Of a stretch of 61,093 bases of DNA, positions 57,501 through 61,093 are shown one piece after another (the first letter of the stretch is position 1; the number at the start of each line of letters is the position of its first letter). Position numbers and translations under genes: made by a program. Origin of the DNA: a virus (lineage: Duplodnaviria > Caudoviricetes). The notes under the pieces are model-generated. The model was not told where the DNA came from and did not search any database. It saw nothing but the letters and a program-made list of their open reading frames with translations. The stretch spans positions 1 through 61,093 of IMG/VR virus record IMGVR_UViG_3300044716_000219. One strand, 5' to 3'.

Positions 57501-57875
57501 AGGCTGAGGCGCAGTGCCTGCACGAGTAGCGCCATAAATGCGAGAAAGCCTGTGACCGTGGCCTTGTGAGTAGACTGGGTCGTCGCACTCAATGATGATG
57601 TTTGAAATCGCAGCGGTAGCGGTAAACCCAGTAGGTGTAGGCGGCGGTGTTAAATCGGGAACGTAAGCGTTAGTAATGGATGGGCCAGCAAGAAGAGGAG
57701 CAGAGCCGCCGCCGAACTTAAAGTTGCTGAGAGACGCAAAGCCAGAGTCAACCAAGTCACGAATCGTGATACCACGGTCAAGCGGGTCGCCCTGCTTGCC
57801 TAAATAGGTCATCAAGGTTTCGCGAACGCGAGAGCCAAAGTTACTGGCGCTGTCGCTTGGGATGTCGTTTCTCAT
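54510..57875 (-). CDS. Second tail fibre / host-specificity protein (DUF1983-like)
   Basis: YTVKVDLNGYVSGFGL; coiled-coil repeats; chaperone gene follows. Confidence 0.8.
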   Translation of the reverse strand: MRNDIPSDSASNFGSRVRETLMTYLGKQGDPLDRGITIRDLVDSGFASLSNFKFGGGSAPLLAGPSITNAYVPDLTPPPTPTGFTATAAISNIIIECDDPVYSQGHGHRLSRIYGATRAGTAPQPVFADAVEITQFSGAVTSYSTNPATEWHLWIKWESIDGVLSASPAGGTNGLVVTTGQDVAKLLEALTGELTAAQLYTDLGARIDLIDAAASVPGSVNARVGAVQAQVNDIQNTPAYSNTTTYATNDLVTYNGAIYQAKSTTTGNLPTNTTYWTKVGDYTSLGQVVAAHTTQIATVVSDLSAESTLRQSLSAQVNDATTGLPATRSTLLTNYYTKAATDSAISSATSTLVSTTALNTALGNYTNTAGLVADYYTKTATDSAISSATQFLVSTTALNTALTAYTNTATLTANYYTKTAADSAISQATQNLVSTTALNTALSSYTNTATLNSLYYTKTGADSAISAATSNLVSTTALNTALGSYTTTASLTTNYYTKTQADSAISSATTNLVSNSGLATTLGNYPTNATLTTNYYTKTATDSAISSATSTLVSTSTLNNYTTTAALQANYFTKASGTALEGKYTVKVDLNGYVSGFGLASTANDAGATSTFAVRSDSFYIASPSGPGITPTMPFIVRTTPVTIGGVEVPVGVYITDGYIQNGTITNAKIANLAVDNAKIASLSADKIRAGSISVGQYIQSANYVNGSAGWKIDGSGSAEFGAASIRGQLVASQINSNGLSIRAADGTVILSAGSSLGASSFSGDVTGSIAGTTASTVVNTANNANSTANTANSTANSAVAAASTAQGTANTAVSAASTAQNTANNAASAASTAQSTANSAASAAAAAQSAADAKLARAGAQVLTGPVTLNAASAITVGNPALNGQPGFNGFYIGSTGIVGTKNGLTTFALDNAGNATFKGDLTGASGTFSGALSGATGTFSGALSGATGSFSGAVTASTLTADSMNVARRNVLESGVLTLPSQTLLGYTSTYMNDGEGGYYIDTPLPVGTSQLVNINRVVPTNITDDYFSAFPLAVILRQPFSCSAQPLSESNYSGGDGQFNITVVAEVVVNRRYSVGGSTTTDDNRVFIFLRHYIITNVSSTFTYLTVPTQVRWILNRA
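56150..56880 (-). repeat. 40-aa (120-bp) tandem repeats NYYTKT..DSAISSAT..LVSTTALNTAL..YT
   Basis: Six units plus a partial seventh. Confidence 0.9.
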
Positions 57876-59515
57876 AGCTGTTTGAGTTCCTCAACAGATG
57901 TCGCGATAGCCACGTCTTGCACTGGATTTGTACCCTCGAGCTCAATCTGGAATTCAAATGCGCGGTAACCGCTAGGCAATCTAAACGGATTGCGGTCTGC
58001 AACGGTCTGCGTGTGCTTAAGATCGCCGTCTGCGTACAAACGGAATGTGACGGGGTAAGCATTGGCTACCACCACGGCAGCAGCAAAGTTAATCGGTGAG
58101 CCCTGACGGAATGGCTTGCTACGTGAGCGATAGGTCAGCGATGTACCAGTGTCCCACTTGCCGATGTTTGTACCTGTTAAAACATACAGCTGATCTTTCA
58201 GACTGTCGAAGTACATGGCAGAGTAGCCAGTGTCAAGGAAATAAATACCGCCGCCATTGGGATCAATGAGGAAACCTTTGCGGCCAGAGCCGTCGTCGTA
58301 ACTACCTAAGTAGAAACCCTCATACATCTTACCGATGATGCTGCTTGGAACCAGAGCTTGCCAGTCTTCGCGGAGCATGACGCCATTAGTAATAACACGA
58401 GCGCCGCCATCGCCAAACCAGCACAAACCGTCTTCAGAGGCCCAAGCCACGCCATTACCCATGCTCACAACAGAACGTGCTGAAACGCAGGCTTGTTGTA
58501 TTTCTAAGGGACGTTGATCCATGCCATCAGGGGTTGAGCCTTGCACGAGTAGGGGGCGGCCAGTTGTCAGCACCAAGAGACTTTGCCCAAACACACCGAG
58601 GCCAACAGGTTTGCTGTCTGGTGGAATGATCTCGTAGTTTGCAGGCCAAGCGTATGGTGTGTAGGGCTCGCAGATGCGTACCGAGTTACCCGAGATACCA
58701 CTCATCATTCCATTCCACATTGCTGTGAGGTTTGACAGGGTTGGCTCAGTAATACTCGTCGCGCCACCAGTAGGAACACCGGGTGCTGGGAACCACAAGT
58801 TAGTCGCTAGGTTTTCACCAAGGGTTTGATTATCATCAGTAGTTGAGGACGTAGCAAGCGCAATCTCGCGCAGGAAGTAAAAGTCTGTACCAGTCGAGCT
58901 ACCCTGTGTGCGGTAGATGCGGATCGTGGCAATGTCGTAGTTGCCCGATGGCACAGAACTAAAGCCAGAAATAGCAGTCGAGCCTAGGTTGTCCCGGGTG
59001 ACTAGGGCGCTCACAGGTGACGGAGCAGATTCCCAGCCAAGGCTGTTAACGTATGTGTAGACGTAGTAGTAATACTCAATGACTGGCGATGTTGCACCAG
59101 AGTTTGTGCCCGCCACTGTAGGAGCGCCAGCTGGAGCTGGAATGCCCATAGGACGGTTAGCTGTAGGGTATGGTGCTGTGGCCAAACCGATCACATTGTT
59201 AGTGAACTTGGGAGCGCCGTCGCCAGTGTAGTACGTCTGTTCGGTTGTATCAGCAGCATCAAAGCCACGAACAACATTGACTGCGGTAGTCCAGCTTAGC
59301 CAGTACTGAGCGTCGGAGTCTACGTCACGACCCATGCGGTAAATGGTTTGACGGCCAGAAGGAACTGTAGCTACGGTTGCTGGGGATTTCCAAGCACGCA
59401 AGTCGCCACGCCCGGGCTTTTGGTTGCGGGAGACGACACCTACTGTGTCGGGCAACATAACGGGGTTGATCGCTCGGTTCTCACCGGCAAAGCCCCCATA
59501 GCGAATAACGGCCAT
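57872..59515 (-). CDS. Tail nozzle / stabilisation protein
   Basis: Beta-rich 547 aa; YVYTYV..GWESAPSP; position. Confidence 0.7.
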   Translation of the reverse strand: MAVIRYGGFAGENRAINPVMLPDTVGVVSRNQKPGRGDLRAWKSPATVATVPSGRQTIYRMGRDVDSDAQYWLSWTTAVNVVRGFDAADTTEQTYYTGDGAPKFTNNVIGLATAPYPTANRPMGIPAPAGAPTVAGTNSGATSPVIEYYYYVYTYVNSLGWESAPSPVSALVTRDNLGSTAISGFSSVPSGNYDIATIRIYRTQGSSTGTDFYFLREIALATSSTTDDNQTLGENLATNLWFPAPGVPTGGATSITEPTLSNLTAMWNGMMSGISGNSVRICEPYTPYAWPANYEIIPPDSKPVGLGVFGQSLLVLTTGRPLLVQGSTPDGMDQRPLEIQQACVSARSVVSMGNGVAWASEDGLCWFGDGGARVITNGVMLREDWQALVPSSIIGKMYEGFYLGSYDDGSGRKGFLIDPNGGGIYFLDTGYSAMYFDSLKDQLYVLTGTNIGKWDTGTSLTYRSRSKPFRQGSPINFAAAVVVANAYPVTFRLYADGDLKHTQTVADRNPFRLPSGYRAFEFQIELEGTNPVQDVAIATSVEELKQL

Positions 59516-59545
59516 AGCTCACTCCTATATGCCTAGATTGTAGTG

Positions 59546-60160
59546 TTAACCACCCAAAACAGCTAGGGCCTGATTGATGTGTTTGATGCGATCGTCAAGT
59601 CCGATTGTGCCGCCGTTGATGCGTTTCGTCATGGTCACAAAGTCGCGGCCATCAGCGTGCTGATTAATCTTGTGTGTCTGCCAGAACCAACCTGCTGTTT
59701 GAGCGGCGTACTTGGGAGTGCGCACGAGTTCAGGCTCCATCACGAAGTCCACACCGAGGGCTTTGCCTGCGTGGTAGAAGTTGCTATGACCGGTCAGCTG
59801 GAGAAATCCGGAGCCGCGGAACCGCCAGCCATCCCCAGAAGCCTCGTCACGGTTTCCCATACGATTGCCGTAAATGCGATTGGCGATACGTTTAGGCTGT
59901 TTCTCGTAGGCCGCAGCTTCCTCGGGTGTAAAGCCCCATGCACGTTTAGGCGTACGGGGGAACAGCTTCAAAAGCGTAGCAGCTCTGTAGTTCAGGTTCT
60001 CTTCCATGATCTTGAAGTTGCCGCACTCGTGCCCGCACTGACCAATCCAGCTTGCTTGCTGCAAAGGCGTGAGGATGCCAAACCGCTCGAAGGTTTCGTT
60101 GAACGCATCGGCCAATGTGGGGTCGATGTGCATTTGTTTGAGTTGGTCACTTGTTACCAT
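59546..60160 (-). CDS. Glycoside hydrolase family 19 endolysin
   Basis: QCGHECG; EENLNY; FRGSGFLQLTG; TKRINGG. Confidence 0.92.
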   Translation of the reverse strand: MVTSDQLKQMHIDPTLADAFNETFERFGILTPLQQASWIGQCGHECGNFKIMEENLNYRAATLLKLFPRTPKRAWGFTPEEAAAYEKQPKRIANRIYGNRMGNRDEASGDGWRFRGSGFLQLTGHSNFYHAGKALGVDFVMEPELVRTPKYAAQTAGWFWQTHKINQHADGRDFVTMTKRINGGTIGLDDRIKHINQALAVLGG

Positions 60161-60656
60161 TTAAGAGATTCCTTACGTCGTTGTATGCGTCTATGCACGC
60201 ATTCAGTTGTGCAGTGTTCTTGTCGCCTTGGGCCACTATTTCTGCGATGGCTTGGAGGGTTGCTCGCTCGGCATCAGAAGCTTGGTCAGTCTGTCGGTTA
60301 GGTTCACTTCTTGTTTCTGGGCTATTTGTGGGGGCAGGGGCGGGACTTGCGGGGGCTTGTACGCAACTTGGGGCGGGGAGGCGCACCCGACCAGCAGCAA
60401 TGAGGCGATTAAGATCAGTTTGCTTTTGATTAACGACATTGTTAGTCTCCTGAAGTTTAGCGGCAGTGGTGTTGATCTGTTCGTTTAGTTTCTGCTCAGT
60501 CTGACGAGCTTCCTCATTCTTCTTGGCAATTTCTGCCTGCATCTCTGCATCCCGTTTGTTCCAGCCTTTGTCATAGCCAAAAAAGTATGTGCCGACGAAC
60601 AACACTATGACAGCGATGACTGCGTACACCCAGCGGGGGAGAGATAGCAAAAACAT
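60147..60656 (-). CDS. Rz: Inner-membrane spanin
   Basis: N-terminal TM; coiled coil; LNACIDAY; next to endolysin. Confidence 0.8.
   Translation of the reverse strand: MFLLSLPRWVYAVIAVIVLFVGTYFFGYDKGWNKRDAEMQAEIAKKNEEARQTEQKLNEQINTTAAKLQETNNVVNQKQTDLNRLIAAGRVRLPAPSCVQAPASPAPAPTNSPETRSEPNRQTDQASDAERATLQAIAEIVAQGDKNTAQLNACIDAYNDVRNLLNGNK
60236..60439 (-). CDS. Rz1: Outer-membrane spanin lipoprotein embedded in Rz
   Basis: Lipobox LLVG-C; Pro-rich; nested in another frame. Confidence 0.8.
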   Translation of the reverse strand: MSLIKSKLILIASLLLVGCASPPQVAYKPPQVPPLPPQIAQKQEVNLTDRLTKLLMPSEQPSKPSQK

Positions 60657-60658
60657 AA

Positions 60659-60966
60659 TCAGGTCTCCTTACGAGCGGCTGCAATCTCTGCACGGTCATC
60701 ATCAGGCTCCATGTGCTCTGGAGGCGTTGTAGGTGGAGGCCCGGGAGTCCACGACTCATCAAGGTCTGGGTTCTTGTAGCCCATCCAGTTGAAGTTAGGC
60801 ATGATCGATGAAGCCGCTGGGGCGGTAGAAACCACCGTTGCCTGCACAGGTATTGGTGTGCTAGGGGTTGTCGTCGTAGCCGTCGTTGTAGGAGGATGAG
60901 GAGCCATGGCTTGAGCCGCAGCGCCCACAGCGCGTTTACTCATCACACCGCCAATACCACCTACTA
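60659..60966 (-). CDS. 3' part of the junction-spanning holin-like protein
   Basis: Continues the frame from 223; second TM IVLLIVGGIGG; P/T-rich tail. Confidence 0.75.
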
Positions 60967-61093
60967 TCAATAACACAATGTCGTTCAGCATCTTCGTGTA
61001 CGCCTGATCGATGGGGGCCATCGACTTGATTGGCTGGGTGACGAACGTCACCGAATACAGAAGCGCCACGACAATGAAGCACAGGATGCAGGT
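60967..61093. repeat. Terminal overlap, copy 2
   Basis: Identical to 1-127. Confidence 0.97.

Noticed and set aside
60967-61093. 127-bp end repeat as a biological terminal repeat
   Set aside because: It falls mid-gene and its length equals a common assembler k-mer, so it is most likely a circularisation overlap
1-61093. Stop-codon reassignment or tRNA genes
   Set aside because: Genes are intact and tightly packed in the standard code; no cloverleaf recognised by eye

Overview
This is an apparently complete, circularly assembled tailed-phage genome of about 60,966 bp; bases 1-127 repeat exactly at 60967-61093. Gene content is podovirus-like: portal, adaptors, nozzle and three ejection proteins, with no tape measure or tail tube gene recognised. 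Spanins imply a Gram-negative host. Two arms diverge from a control region at about 18.75-20.5 kb. The minus-strand arm carries RHH regulator, TerS, TerL, portal, scaffold, capsid, adaptors, tail fibre and lysis genes, then continues across the junction to nozzle, a second fibre, GNAT, ejection proteins and small basic proteins. The plus-strand early/replication arm carries AAA ATPase, vWA-metallopeptidase, family A polymerase, nucleases, SNF2 helicase, SSB and primase-helicase. I recognised no integrase, tRNA, rRNA or CRISPR array. Best candidate novel system: a ~72-nt small RNA at 41170-41242, with its own sigma70-like promoter and terminator, whose loops are antisense to a shared (TTTTC)AACCAC-SD-ATG motif in the ribosome-binding regions of about eight early/replication genes. 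Also notable: (1) a 2927-aa ejection protein with UvrD/PcrA-Tudor-like, L,D-transpeptidase-like, zincin and ART-like domains, hosting two overprinted small genes; (2) a structured leader with twin UNCG hairpins and an rrn-type boxA; (3) a ten-iteron origin candidate. All assignments were made by eye from motifs and synteny; no searches were run.
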